Notes: generated by a model from the sequence alone, not told the origin. A DNA stretch of 64,000 nt from an uncultured delta proteobacterium (GCA_963808625.1 CAWEHK010000042.1:1-64000); one strand, 5' to 3'; shown: positions 10,751 through 21,598, numbered from the stretch's first letter. Program-made: numbers and translations.

Positions 10751-10822
10751 TGTGGGGCAGTCTTTCCAGTCTGCCTTTCGGCCAGGTCTGCCTGGCAGGC
10801 AGGTTGGAAAGCCTGCCCCACA
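10751..10822. repeat. REP-like palindrome (GTGG type)
   Basis: TGTGGGGCAG.CTTTCCA...TGGAAAG.CTGCCCCACA inverted repeat. Confidence 0.8.
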
Positions 10823-10963
10823 GGGCTTGGCACGTCATCAAAGTATCGTTGCAGTACCAAGCCCTTCCGGCCCCGATTCTTACGGACGAGACTCACGTGC
10901 CGGGTGCTCGGAAATTCCTGCAACGGCTCCCACCAGGCGGAGCATCCCATGGAGAGAACCGCA

Positions 10964-12003
10964 ATGAATTTACCCAAGCACCACACGAAAGCAGGAAATC
11001 GGAGTGCACCTTATGGTGGGCTTCGGCGGCACCACTCTGGAAGAGGAGCTGAAATATCTCATCCGCGCTTTTCATATCGGCGGTGTGGTGATCTTCAAAA
11101 GGAATGTCACCGGCCCCGAGCAGTTGCAGGCCCTCCTGACCGAGGCGCAGGAATATGCCCGGGAAACGATGGGAAGGACTCTCTGGGTGGCCATAGACCA
11201 GGAGGGGGGGCCGGTTCAGCGACTCCTTCCGCCGTTCACGCAACTGCCGTCGGCCAGAGAACTGGCAGCTCGGGGACCGGACGCCATCAGCGAGTGGGCG
11301 GCCAGAGCCGCCTCCGAGATGCGCAGCAGCGGAATTGACATCAACCTGGCACCGGTCCTTGACGTGGTCGGTGAAGGGGAATCTCAATTTATGGCGGAAC
11401 GGTCGCTGGGTTCAGACCCCCGACGAGGTGGCCCGCCTGGGTGAGGTCTGGATCAGGACCCTCCAGGAACATGGCGTTTCGGCAACGGGAAAACACTATC
11501 CCGGGCTCGGGCGTGCGGCCTCGGACCCGCATCACTATGCCCCGGTAATCCGCTGGGAGAGCGATGACGCCGTTGCCGAGGATCTCCTGCCGTTTCGTCG
11601 GGCGATTGAGGCGGGGGTTCACGGCATGATGACCTCCCATGCCCTCTATCCGGCCCTTGATGCCGTTTGGCCGGCAACCCTTTCACCCACCATCAATCAC
11701 GAGTGGCTGCGAAAACGATTGGGATTTGAAGGGGTCCTCTTCAGTGATGACATGGACATGGCGGCGGTGTCGGAGCGCTATACCTGCGAGGAAATGGCCC
11801 GCCAGGGACTGCACGCGACCATCGATTTTTTTCTCCTCTGCCAGCAAACGCGAAATATCGAACCTCTCTCTCATGCCCTCGCCGAGGCCATCGCTCAGGA
11901 CCAGGCCCTGGCGAGGCTGCACCAGGAATCGCTCAGCCGCATCGAGCGCCTTCGCGCACTGCGACAAAAGACCACGGTTACCCCTGCGGCGGGCAGTTGC
12001 TGA
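10964..12003 (+). CDS. nagZ: Beta-N-acetylhexosaminidase (GH3), frameshifted
   Basis: AIDQEGGPVQRL, INLAPVLD, KHYPGLG...DPH and FSDDMDM. Confidence 0.88.
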
Positions 12004-12157
12004 TTTCCTGCAGGCAGTTGTGAGATCGTTACCAAGCCCATCTAAGGAGTGATTTAACCTTTCTTTAACCTCTGCTTTGCTATGGAGCACCATGTTTAAG
12101 TGGATCGATGAAACGTTTGTTCTCTGATCACCTCTTGAACGAGCAAAGGAGAATCAC

Positions 12158-13069
12158 ATGGATGGGTATTTGATTGAGCTGGCTCTTAATGAGGCAAGGC
12201 GCTGGGTCGACGAGGGCATAACATTTTACCGGGCGACCGGCAAGGAAATCGCCCTGGTCGAATTCTCGAACCCTAATGGGCGCTTTATTAAAGGCGAACA
12301 GTATCTGTATGTCCTGGACATCAATGGTACCATGCTTGCCCACCCGGTAAACGAAAAATATGTGGGGAAGGATTTCTATCGCGTCCAGGATTCGGACGGC
12401 AAGAACTTCGTTAAGGAAATTGTCGATACCGCCAACGATAAGGGCTTTGGTTGGGTTGACTACCGGTGGTTCGACCCGGAAACCAAGAAAGAGCAGCCGA
12501 AAACGGTGTATTTTGAGAAGGTCAACGGGATGATCTTTTGCAGTGGCGTCTACAGGGAAAATCCGGTTATTTTCGCTCCGCTGCATGAAGCTGGTGAAGC
12601 GGTTATTCCCGAATCAGACGTCGAAGGGGTCTCGGGACTCAGCAATTCAGCGTTTGGCATGCGCGTGGAAGAGGATGCCGTCGAGTTGGTCCCGGAGGAC
12701 GCGGAGCGCTGGGTGAAAAAGGCTTTAGCTTTTTATAAGGCGAATGGTAAAGGGATCGCCTTGGCTGAATTTTGCAATCCCCAGGGCAGCTTTGCTCAGG
12801 ACGAGCGTTATATTTTTGTACTGGACTTCAATGGGGTAATGCTCGCGCACCCGATCAACGAACGATACGTGGGCAAAGATTTTTATCGCATCAAGGATTC
12901 TGACGGTAAGAGCTTTATCAAGGAAATCGTCGACACCGCGAACTATGGAAATTCTGGTTGGGTGGCGTACCAATGGTTCAACCGGGTGACCAGGAAAGAA
13001 CAGCTCAAGACCGTGTATTTCGAGAAGGCCGACAATATGATCTTCTGCAGTGGGATCTATCAGGAATAG
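12158..13069 (+). CDS. Tandem single-Cache (sCache_2-like) domain protein
   Basis: Two near-identical halves, each with YxxVLD.NG.MLAHP...DSDGK.F.KEI...GWV.Y.W...KTVYFEK...CSG.Y. Confidence 0.88.
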   Translation: MDGYLIELALNEARRWVDEGITFYRATGKEIALVEFSNPNGRFIKGEQYLYVLDINGTMLAHPVNEKYVGKDFYRVQDSDGKNFVKEIVDTANDKGFGWVDYRWFDPETKKEQPKTVYFEKVNGMIFCSGVYRENPVIFAPLHEAGEAVIPESDVEGVSGLSNSAFGMRVEEDAVELVPEDAERWVKKALAFYKANGKGIALAEFCNPQGSFAQDERYIFVLDFNGVMLAHPINERYVGKDFYRIKDSDGKSFIKEIVDTANYGNSGWVAYQWFNRVTRKEQLKTVYFEKADNMIFCSGIYQE

Positions 13070-13211
13070 ACCATCGCGGAAGAATCAGGGTGATTGAGCC
13101 CCATGTGAGGCGAGACTACGGGACTCCGGACCAGGCTGAACACATAAGAAGCGCTACCCCTTTTGTTCTCAATTGGCAAAGTCAGTATTTGCCGCCCTGC
13201 CTCACAATGCG

Positions 13212-14498
13212 TCAGCATGTCTTTCTCAGGCATTCGAAAAGGTCCCAAAAAGAGGGGAAGGATTTGGCCACGGCTTCGGCCCCGTGAATTTCGACACCGT
13301 CGAGGCGAAGTCCGATCACGGCAAAAGCCATGGCGATGCGGTGATCATTATAGACTTGGATCGTGCTCTGGGGAGGCAGCACCCTTCCCCCCTGAATCAC
13401 CAGGCCGTCGGAGTGTTCTTCAACGGGCACGGCAAATTTGCCGAGTTCCGTGGCTACGGCATGCAGCCGGTCTGATTCTTTGACGCGCAGATGCGCCACA
13501 TTGCGAATCCGGCTGCGGCCCTGGGCAAACGCCGCCAGCATGGCAACTGTCGGGACCATATCGGGCATGTCATTCAGGTCCAGTTCCACCGGTCGCAAAC
13601 GGTCGGGACCACTCACCCTGACGCCTTCCTCGTCCCAAGAAACGATGCAGCCCATTGCCCCCAGCACTTCGAGCAGACGCACATCTCCCTGCCGGCTCTG
13701 CCGCGTCAGCGGGTAGGTGTACACTTCGCCTCCGGTCAAGGCAGCGGCGGCCCAAAAATAGGATGCTGATGAGCAGTCTCCTTCCACCGCGTAGCGCCCT
13801 GGAGATAGTTCTGAGGAGCGGGAATGACAATCCGATTGGAGGCTGCCCGATGAAAATGAATGCCTGCTTGTTCCATCATTGCCAGGGTCAGGTCAACGTA
13901 AGGCCATGAGGCAATGGGTTCCAACCAGCCGATGCGAACTTCCTGCCGGGCACGGGGAGCAGCGATCAGTAAGGATGAGACGAACTGGCTGCTTTGGCGG
14001 GCATCGACCAGGATTGTGCCGCCGCTCAGTCCGGGGCTGAGGATTTCAACCGGAGGATAGCCGGGTCGAATCAGGCATTTGCAGGTCGCGCCAAGGGCTT
14101 CCAGGGCTTCCAGGACGGGACCCACCGGCCGTTCGCGGAGGCGCTCGGTGCCGTCGAACACAAATCTTCCTTCGCCGACTGCAGCCAGCGAAAGCAGGAA
14201 GCGCATACTGGTGCCGCTATTCCCGAGGAACAGGGGCCGGTCAGGTTGCGCCCAGCGATGTTCCGGGGGGCTCACGGTGACCGTCTCTTCTTCCCAGGTG
14301 ATCGCAACGCCCAGCCGGCGCAGGGCTTCGGTCGTGAGGATGCGTGTCATCAGCCATGAGGGCATTCGTTAACGTACTTTCTCCATTGGCCAGGGAAGCC
14401 ATCATGAGGGCCCTATGGGTAATCGATTTGGACCCGGGCACCTGAATCCGCGCATTAACCTTGAAACCTGGCGGCAGCTTTTGGATCACCTTATTCAT
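13212..14498 (-). CDS. aroA: 3-phosphoshikimate 1-carboxyvinyltransferase (two frameshifts)
   Basis: [48 protein letters not shown] and KSFPSFW. Confidence 0.95.
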
Positions 14499-15558
14499 CT
14501 TTAAGAACCCCCATCAAAGCCGTTCCCATGATCGGAAGCACCACCTCCGGCCGGATCAGATCACCAAACCACCACTGCAGCTGCGCCACTCCCTGGTGAA
14601 GCAGCATTTCGACACCGGAAACGGCAATGCACCCCCTTGCTCGTGCTTTGCGCAGGAAGGGCGTCCACAGGGGTCGATAAACCGTATCCATGACCACGGT
14701 TCCGGGACGGAGAAAGGAATCCGGGATAAGGGTAAAATCAGCTCTTGGCTCTTGGCTCTTGGCTCTTGGCGGTTGGCTCTTAGCCGTTGGCTCTTGGCCT
14801 TTGACTCTTGACTCTTGAGCACGGGGGAGAAGAGCGTCGGGAACAAGCGCCGGGTCTTCTTTGTGCATAAGCCCGACGGGAGTGCACTGGACGATGATGT
14901 CGAAAGCGGTTTTGCCTTTTGCATGCGGCAACTCGGAGAGGGGGACAAAGGCACAGTCGAAAGCCCTGGCGAGGGCTTCGCCGCGCTCGATCCCACGATT
15001 GCTGACGGTAATGGCAGCCCCTTCATGCTTAAGCCCATAAACGATGGCGCGAGCAACCCCGCCGGCCCCGATGACGAGGGCGTGTTTGCCGCTGAGAGAG
15101 TGACGAGTGATGAGTGATGAGTGATGAGTGGGGGTATCGGCTTGTACGATAGGATTGCCTGAGTCGGGGAGTGGGGCTCCGGAATGCCAAGGGGTTGGGA
15201 TGCGGTCTATTTCGTAACACAATGCAGCGATCGCTCCAATCCAGTCAGTATTGCATCCTTCCCATTGGCCGTTCTGAAGCCGCAGGGTATTGACCGCTCC
15301 CATGGTCTGAGATGGTTCGTCAAGGTTTATCGCCACGCGGAAGGCCGATTCCTTGTGCGGGATGGTGACGCTCAATCCCCGGACGCCGAGTTTTCCGAGT
15401 GTTGCCAGGTCCTCGGCCAGGTCATCCACCTGGAGGGCAAGGTACACAGCGGGGATTTTCAGAGCCTCAAACACCGCGTTCATCATGACCGGACTCAAGC
15501 TGTGGTCTACCGGGTTTCCAATCACGGCATAGAGGTTCTTTTGGACGGGCCGGATCAT
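14491..15558 (-). CDS. aroE: Shikimate dehydrogenase with two in-frame repeat-derived insertions
   Basis: [36 protein letters not shown] and GVEMLLHQG. Confidence 0.95.
   Translation of the reverse strand: MIRPVQKNLYAVIGNPVDHSLSPVMMNAVFEALKIPAVYLALQVDDLAEDLATLGKLGVRGLSVTIPHKESAFRVAINLDEPSQTMGAVNTLRLQNGQWEGCNTDWIGAIAALCYEIDRIPTPWHSGAPLPDSGNPIVQADTPTHHSSLITRHSLSGKHALVIGAGGVARAIVYGLKHEGAAITVSNRGIERGEALARAFDCAFVPLSELPHAKGKTAFDIIVQCTPVGLMHKEDPALVPDALLPRAQESRVKGQEPTAKSQPPRAKSQEPRADFTLIPDSFLRPGTVVMDTVYRPLWTPFLRKARARGCIAVSGVEMLLHQGVAQLQWWFGDLIRPEVVLPIMGTALMGVLKDE
14741..14820. repeat. GCTCTTG heptamer array inside aroE
   Basis: About 11 units. Reads [27 protein letters not shown] on the coding strand. 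Confidence 0.9.
15098..15130. repeat. GAGTGAT heptamer array inside aroE
   Basis: Reads [11 protein letters not shown] on the coding strand. Confidence 0.85.
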
Positions 15559-15597
15559 GGACTGTCCTCCGAAATGGTCTGCGGAAAAGCGTAGCAT

Positions 15598-15761
15598 CTC
15601 ACCGCAGAGACGCAGAGAGCGCAGAGAAAGACGCTGATCATGTTTTTCATATGAAACCAAACCTCCGGACTATCTATTACCAAGGCTCAAGTTTTCTGAA
15701 TGTCATCAAGCTTCTTGTCTAACTCAATGTTTTCTCGGCGACCATCTGCGTCTCTGCGGTG
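15598..15761. repeat. Inverted-repeat element built from 9-mer units (CGCAGAGA type), copy 1
   Basis: CACCGCAGAGACGCAGAGAGCGCAGAG ... CTGCGTCTCTGCGGTG. Confidence 0.8.
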
Positions 15762-16474
15762 GATCTTTTTTGGTTGCGGGCGCCAGTTGCGACAGGAGCT
15801 GACGCATCTCCGTGGCGGTGAATTGCCCTTCGGCGGCCGCTGACAGCTCGGGGAACTGCACATAGGCCCACGGGCTGCCGAGGAGAAGACTCACCAGCCG
15901 GCTCCAACGGCCCAGCGGTCCCATGCAAAAGGCCAGCACCTCCATCCCCAGTTCCTGTCGTCCGAACGGGATGAGATCCAGGACCCTGAGGTTATCTTCA
16001 GGCGTTCGGGCATAGGTGACAATCTTTATCGCATGGGGCTTCCTCTGGGCCATGGCGGCGGCCAGGCGCTGCAGGGTCAACCGATCCGGCGTGGCCGAGA
16101 AATCGTGATGCGAGAGCAAGCACCTGGACTTCTCGCGACTGAAAATCATGCCATGTCGCCTCGTCGATCCATGCTTCGAGGTCGACCCATTCCGCTCCGG
16201 CCTCGACCGCCCGGGAGAGGAGCTCGAACCGCTGTTCTTCGGGGCTTTCAAACATCCCTCCCTCGCGCTGCGGCCGGTTGGTGGCGACGACCGGATGGCG
16301 GGGGAAAGTCGCGAGTGCCGACAGGGCCGCGAGCGTTTCGTCCCAACCATAACGCTTGCAGAAAACATCCAGGCGCCATTCCAGGAGATCGACTTCCGGA
16401 TGCTCAAAAAACCCCCGGAGCCCCTCAGCGGGAAGGTCGGTCGCACAGCCGCAGAGAGCGCGTTTCGGCATCAT
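15724..16474 (-). CDS. aroD: Type I 3-dehydroquinate dehydratase (frameshift near 16130)
   Basis: LLEWRLD, ATNR..REGG, VDLE, LSHHDF..TP, KIVT.A, FCMGPLGRWSR and AEGQ. Confidence 0.92.
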
Positions 16475-16481
16475 GGCAAGG

Positions 16482-17642
16482 TTAGGCTCTCACTTCCTGA
16501 GGCAGGTGCGGCGGTTGTATGCTCAGCGACCGCACTTGCTCTTTGTCAAGGCGCAACGGATGCCGAGGGTCCTTTCTGGGATAGGAACCCAGCAGCTTCA
16601 GAAATGTAGTCTGATTTTTGAGATGATCGAGGGCCCCGGCAATGGCTTCATCCTCGAAATGCCCCTCCAGATCGGCATAGAACAGGTATTGCCACGGAAA
16701 GATCCGGTTCGGCCGGGACTCGATGCGGGTCATGTTGACCTGGAACAAAGCGAAACCCTCGAGGGCAGCGTGCAGCGCCCCCGGCTGATCGCGAACGGCG
16801 AACAGAATGGAGGTCTTGTCATTACCCGTCCTGGGATTCAGATGGTTCCCCAGAACAAAAAAGCGCGTTGTATTTTCCGGATGGTCTTCGATGCGTTCGG
16901 CCAGGATCTGAAGGCCATACTCTGATGCCGCATAGAGATTACAGATGGCGGCTGCGGAAGGATCTTTCCCGGCCAGTTGGGCCGCCTGCGCCGTGGAAGA
17001 ACATTCAAACGCCTCCACGTGGCGAAGGTTTTCGAGGACCCACCGCCGGCACTGTTCCAGCGCCTGGGGATGCCCGTAGAGGCGTTTCAAGTCCGCGATG
17101 CTTCCCGATCTGCTGCAAAGATAATGGGCAATTTCAAGGTAACATTCGTGGACCACTCTTACCTCCCTTTCATAGAGCAGATCGAGGGTGTGGCCGACCC
17201 CTCCCTGAAGGGAATTGGCAATGGGGACGACCGCGACATGAGCTTTTGCCTTGAGCAGGTCGTCGAAAACGTCCTCGAGGGCGGGAGAGGGCAGATACCT
17301 CGAGGAATGACCGAACAGCGAAAGCGCTGCCAGATGCGAGTTCGTCCACTCGGGGCCGAGATAGGCCACCTGCAGGTCGTATTGAAGCAGCCTGGACGCG
17401 GAAAAGATTTCCAGGTAGATGGCCCGCAAGGACGCTTCCTGGATCGGTCCGGCGCTGGCCTTCGCCAGTCGGTCGAGGATCGCCTCCTCGCGGCATGGAT
17501 CAAACAGCAGCAGCCCCTGATCGGCTTTGATCCGGCCAACTTTTCGGGCCAGTTCCATGCGCTTGTTGAGGAGCTCCAAAAGCTCCATATCCGTCTCATC
17601 TATGGCTTCTCTCAAGGTTTCCAGTCGCTCTTCCACAATCAT
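16482..17642 (-). CDS. pheA: Chorismate mutase / prephenate dehydratase (P-protein)
   Basis: LREAIDETD chorismate mutase domain, VAYLGP, HPQALEQC, NTTRF and ACT-domain TRIESRP. Confidence 0.96.
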   Translation of the reverse strand: MIVEERLETLREAIDETDMELLELLNKRMELARKVGRIKADQGLLLFDPCREEAILDRLAKASAGPIQEASLRAIYLEIFSASRLLQYDLQVAYLGPEWTNSHLAALSLFGHSSRYLPSPALEDVFDDLLKAKAHVAVVPIANSLQGGVGHTLDLLYEREVRVVHECYLEIAHYLCSRSGSIADLKRLYGHPQALEQCRRWVLENLRHVEAFECSSTAQAAQLAGKDPSAAAICNLYAASEYGLQILAERIEDHPENTTRFFVLGNHLNPRTGNDKTSILFAVRDQPGALHAALEGFALFQVNMTRIESRPNRIFPWQYLFYADLEGHFEDEAIAGALDHLKNQTTFLKLLGSYPRKDPRHPLRLDKEQVRSLSIQPPHLPQEVRA

Positions 17643-17770
17643 CGCTCCACAATGGTTTCCGTTACTTTCATGCCAAAATGCCGTCCGGCCTCCTCATCTC
17701 CTTCGACCGTTCTTCCAGATGGACCCAGGCTTCCTTCACCTGCGTTCTCCATAAGCTGTGTCTGGAAATG

Positions 17771-17805
17771 AAAAAACAAAAGCCGCAGGCTGGGACCCGC
17801 GGCTT
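17771..17805 (-). terminator. Intrinsic terminator (attenuator) in the pheA leader
   Basis: Minus strand reads AAGCCGCGGG-TCCCAG-CCTGCGGCTT followed by TTGTTTTTT. Confidence 0.85.
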
Positions 17806-17829
17806 CTATTATCGGCTCTGCTATGGAAC

Positions 17830-17907
17830 TCAGAGGCAGGTCTGCAGCGACGTCTCGCCGACATCGTAGCAAAAATAATAATAGCGAAAATAGCTGTTGT
17901 TTGTCAT
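17830..17907 (-). CDS. Tyr/Phe-rich attenuation leader peptide MTNNSYFRYYYFCYDVGETSLQTCL
   Basis: Translated by hand: 25 aa, with 7 Tyr/Phe among 9 consecutive codons. AAGAGG upstream, and a terminator between it and pheA. Confidence 0.9.
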   Translation of the reverse strand: MTNNSYFRYYYFCYDVGETSLQTCL

Positions 17908-17992
17908 TGCTGCCTCTTCTTCCTCTGATGGTTACCTTACCTATGGGTATTTGTAAGATTAACACGGTCAAGGTGTCAACAGAAATGTGACG

Positions 17993-18160
17993 GGATTTCG
18001 GATTTCGGATGTCGGATTTCGGATGTCGGATTTCGGATGTCGGATTTCGGATGTCGGATTGCGGATTTGGGATGTGGCATGGTGGATTTTCGATCTCTGA
18101 TGGCGGATTTTGGAATGCGGGACCATGTGATTAATTCGTGTGACTTCGTGGACAGCTTTT
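17993..18160. repeat. GATTTCG/GATGTCG heptamer array plus TTCGTGTGACTTCGTGGACAGCTTTT block
   Basis: Same composite repeat as at 8516-8810. Confidence 0.88.
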
Positions 18161-18395
18161 AGGGGATTGCGAATGGCGGACGACGAGGGGGCAAGGGAGG
18201 AGGTTCCCTTGTGGACTTGAGACGGGCCAGCCGTTATGCTTGATAGGAATGGCAATCGATGGCACAGGCTCCGCAAGAACTCTCGTACGCTGTCGCTGGC
18301 AATGATTTGCCATTTTGACAAGAGTGACAACCTCCACGGCATTGAAACAATTCGTCCCGGTGGTGGCATAACGGGCCCTAGAGCGGGAGGATCTC

Positions 18396-19854
18396 ATGGC
18401 GACAATAAAGGATTTTAAGAAAATTTCCGATGCCTTGTGGGAGCTCCCTCCGAGCTACAAGGAGGGTATGCGGGTCCCGGCGCGTATTTACGCTACTCAG
18501 AAGCTGCTCGAAGAGATGGACGCAGGGGTCATCGAGCAGGTGACCAACGTTGCCACCTTGCCGGGCATCATTAACCACGCCTTCTGCATGCCCGACGGCC
18601 ATTGGGGATACGGCTTCCCCATCGGCGGCGTGGCCGCCATGGATCTCAAAACGGGGGTGATTTCGCCGGGCGGCATCGGTTTCGATGTGAACTGCGGCAT
18701 GCGGCTCGTGCGCACCAATTTGACCTATGACGAAGTGAAGCCTCATCTCCGCAACCTGGTGGACAGGCTCTTTGCGAGAGTTCCGGCGGGGGTCGGCGGC
18801 GCCGGCTTTGTGAAGATTTCGCAGAATGAATTTCGGCGCGCAGTGGAGCAGGGTGCGCGCTGGTGCATCAAAAACGGGTATGGCTGGGAAGAGGACCTGG
18901 AGCGCACCGAAGAAAACGGCTGCATCGCCGGGGCCGATGCTTCGAAGATCAGCAACAAGTCGGTGGAGCGGGGTTTCAAGCAGATCGGGACGCTCGGGTC
19001 GGGCAATCACTACCTGGAAATTCAGGTGGCAAAGCCGGAGAATGTTTTTGATGCAGAGATCGCCCGGGCGTTTGGCATCACCATGCCGGACCAGGTGGTG
19101 GTGATGTTCCATTGCGGCAGCCGGGGTTTTGGGCACCAGGTGGCAACCGATTACCTGCAGAGTTTTCTCAAGGTCATGGAGAAGAAGTACGGCATCAAGA
19201 TCCTGGACCGCGAACTGGCCTGCGCCCCGTTCAACTCACCCGAAGGGCAGGATTATTTCGCCGCCATGAAATGCGCCATCAACATGTCCTTCGCCAATCG
19301 GCAGGTGATCCTCCATCGCATCCGGGAAGTCTTTTCCGAGGTCTTTCACAAAGACCCGGCGGACCTCGGGCTGCACCAGGTTTACGACGTTGCGCACAAT
19401 ACCGCCAAGGTGGAAAAGCACCTGATCGACGGCGTGGCGCGGCCGGTTCTGGTGCACCGCAAAGGCGCAACCCGCGCCTTCGGGCCCGGACATGCCGATT
19501 TGCCGGAAATCTATAAAGAGACCGGACAGCCGGTGATCCTGGGCGGAAGCATGGAAACGGGTTCCTACCTGCTGGCCGGGGTGGCGAGCGGTGCTCAAAC
19601 GTTTTTCAGCACTGCTCACGGGAGTGGGCGGACCATGAGTCGCGCTCAGGCCAAGAAGCGGTTCCAGGGCAAGAAGCTGCAGCAGGATATGGAAGAGCGG
19701 GGCATTCTATGTCCGCACGGCCTCCTATGCCGGTCTCGCCGAAGAAGCGGGGCCGGCCTACAAGAGCATCGATGACGTGGTGGAGGCAACCGAGCAGGCC
19801 GGGATCAGCAAACGGGTCGTGCGCCTCGTGCCGGTTGGCGTCGTGAAGGGCTGA
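18396..19854 (+). CDS. rtcB: RtcB family RNA ligase (frameshift near 19710)
   Basis: MPDGHWGYGFPIGG, GFDVNCG, GSGNHYLE, HCGSRG, HRKGATR, HGSGR and EEA..AYK. Confidence 0.95.
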
Positions 19855-19857
19855 ATC

Positions 19858-20289
19858 ATGCCTTACCGGTATCTTGAAGACATCGCTACTGCCGACGTGG
19901 CCTTCGAAGCCTGGGGCGACACCCTGGAGGAGATGTTCGTCGCCGCTGCCGATGCCACCATGAATGTCATGGTGAGCGATCTCGATACCATCGCTCGAGT
20001 CGAATACCGAACGCTTCAGGCGACGGCGGAAGAGCTCGACATGCTGCTCTTTGAACTGCTCCAGGAGCTTATCTTCTACAAGGACGCCGAACGGCTGCTG
20101 CTGCGCGTCGACAAATGTTCACATCGAGGCACAGCCGGCTCAATTTTCATTACACGCTAAGCTTACAGCGAAGAAATCGACCCTGAAAAACACGACTTGA
20201 TTGTGGATATCAAGGCCGTGACTCTTCATCGGTTCAAGGTGGAACAGACCTCCAGAGGCTGGGAAGCGTTCGTGATCCTGGATATTTGA
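19858..20289 (+). CDS. Archease (frameshift near 20115)
   Basis: YRYLEDIATADVAFEAWG N-terminus, DIKAVTLH...VILDI C-terminus, directly adjacent to rtcB. Confidence 0.92.
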
Positions 20290-20392
20290 AGGAAAGGTGT
20301 AACTCCAGATCCCATGTTTCTTGACCCCTATTGTCAGTAGTCGGAGGATCTTTTCACCCCGACTGTTGCGGATAAAATAGCCCGTCGTCAGT

Positions 20393-20422
20393 TTGACAAA
20401 GGTTACTCCGGTATCCTAAAAT
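20393..20422 (+). promoter_or_regulatory. Putative sigma70 promoter of the Uma2 gene
   Basis: TTGACA-N18-TAAAAT. Confidence 0.45.
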
Positions 20423-20483
20423 TCTCTAAAGATTTATGAGTGAATTCGCCACTGCAAGACCTTTAATCGAGGGGAGTCGCAAT

Positions 20484-21047
20484 ATGTCAGAACTTGCCAG
20501 GAAGAAAGCCACCTATGAGGATTTGTATGACATACCGGAAAACATGACGGGGGAGATTATTGATGGTGAGCTGATTGTCGCTCCTCGGCCATCAACGAAA
20601 CATTCCCATGCGGCTTCCGCGTTGGGGGGTGAGATCGTTCCACCATATCGGTTCGGTCGGAGTGGGGGCCCTGGTGGATGGGTCATTCTTTTCGAACACG
20701 AAATCATGCTGGGCGAACACCTCCTGGTTCCGGATTTCTCAGGCTGGAGGAAGGAACGATTTCCAGGCGTGCCAAAAGAAAACTGGCTTTCGGTCCCGCC
20801 GGATTGGGTGTGCGAGATTCTCTCGCCCAATACTGCGCGTCACGATCGAGTGCGCAAAATGCCGATCTATGCCCAGCATGAAATACCGCACCTTTGGCTA
20901 ATTGATCCGAGCGAACAGACCCTCGAGGTGTTTCTACTACAGTCGGGCAAATGGCTTATGCTCGCCGCCTTTGCTGAAGAAGACAGGGTGCGTGCAGAGC
21001 CGTTTCAGGAGATCGAGATTGACTTGGCCGATCTCTGGATAGAGTAG
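20484..21047 (+). CDS. Uma2 family (PD-(D/E)XK) endonuclease
   Basis: EIIDGEL..APRP, LVPD, PDWVCEILSP, DRVRKMPIYA and WLIDP. Confidence 0.92.
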   Translation: MSELARKKATYEDLYDIPENMTGEIIDGELIVAPRPSTKHSHAASALGGEIVPPYRFGRSGGPGGWVILFEHEIMLGEHLLVPDFSGWRKERFPGVPKENWLSVPPDWVCEILSPNTARHDRVRKMPIYAQHEIPHLWLIDPSEQTLEVFLLQSGKWLMLAAFAEEDRVRAEPFQEIEIDLADLWIE

Positions 21048-21154
21048 CCTTTTGCTTTCTGATTGGAGTCGATACAAAGGGTAATGGGAAGATCAGTTCA
21101 AATGCACAGCAGAGAGGAAAAATGCCTTATAAAACCCCGCTCTGGAGAACCTTT

Positions 21155-21598
21155 TTAAGGACTGGGAGTGCTCCATTCCTGGGGCATCTTCAGGATCTGT
21201 TCGTAATGCCCGGTTTCGATGCCGGACATATAGCGGACGATGTCAAAGCTCGATAAGATGCCGATCGGGCGCCTCGGTCCGGCATGGGGATCGACGATAA
21301 TCAGGTGTTCATACCTTGTGCGTTTCATCAGCTCGGCTGCCGTTTCAATCGGCCATTGGGGGTCCACCTCAATCCGGTAGGGTCGCATGACATCCTCAGC
21401 GCGGGTTCGCTCCAGGTCCTCCCCGTAGAATCGAATAACCGCCAGCCTCGAAACGAGGCCCCATACCTCGCCACTTTCATGCGCCACGACGACCGGCCGA
21501 AATTGATTCGCTTTCATCATGCGGACCACTTCTTTGACGCTATCGTGCGGATAGCAGAGGATAATGTCACGATCCATGATGTCACAAACTCGCACCAT
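21155..21598 (-). CDS. Stand-alone CBS-pair protein
   Basis: Two CBS repeats (VCDIM...GLVS; AEDVM...IGILSSFDI). Confidence 0.85.
   Translation of the reverse strand: MVRVCDIMDRDIILCYPHDSVKEVVRMMKANQFRPVVVAHESGEVWGLVSRLAVIRFYGEDLERTRAEDVMRPYRIEVDPQWPIETAAELMKRTRYEHLIIVDPHAGPRRPIGILSSFDIVRYMSGIETGHYEQILKMPQEWSTPSP

Noticed and set aside
18260..18275. sigma54-like site TGGCAC-N5-CCGCA upstream of rtcB
   Set aside because: The -12 element is poor and no rtcR-type activator is nearby. It could occur by chance.
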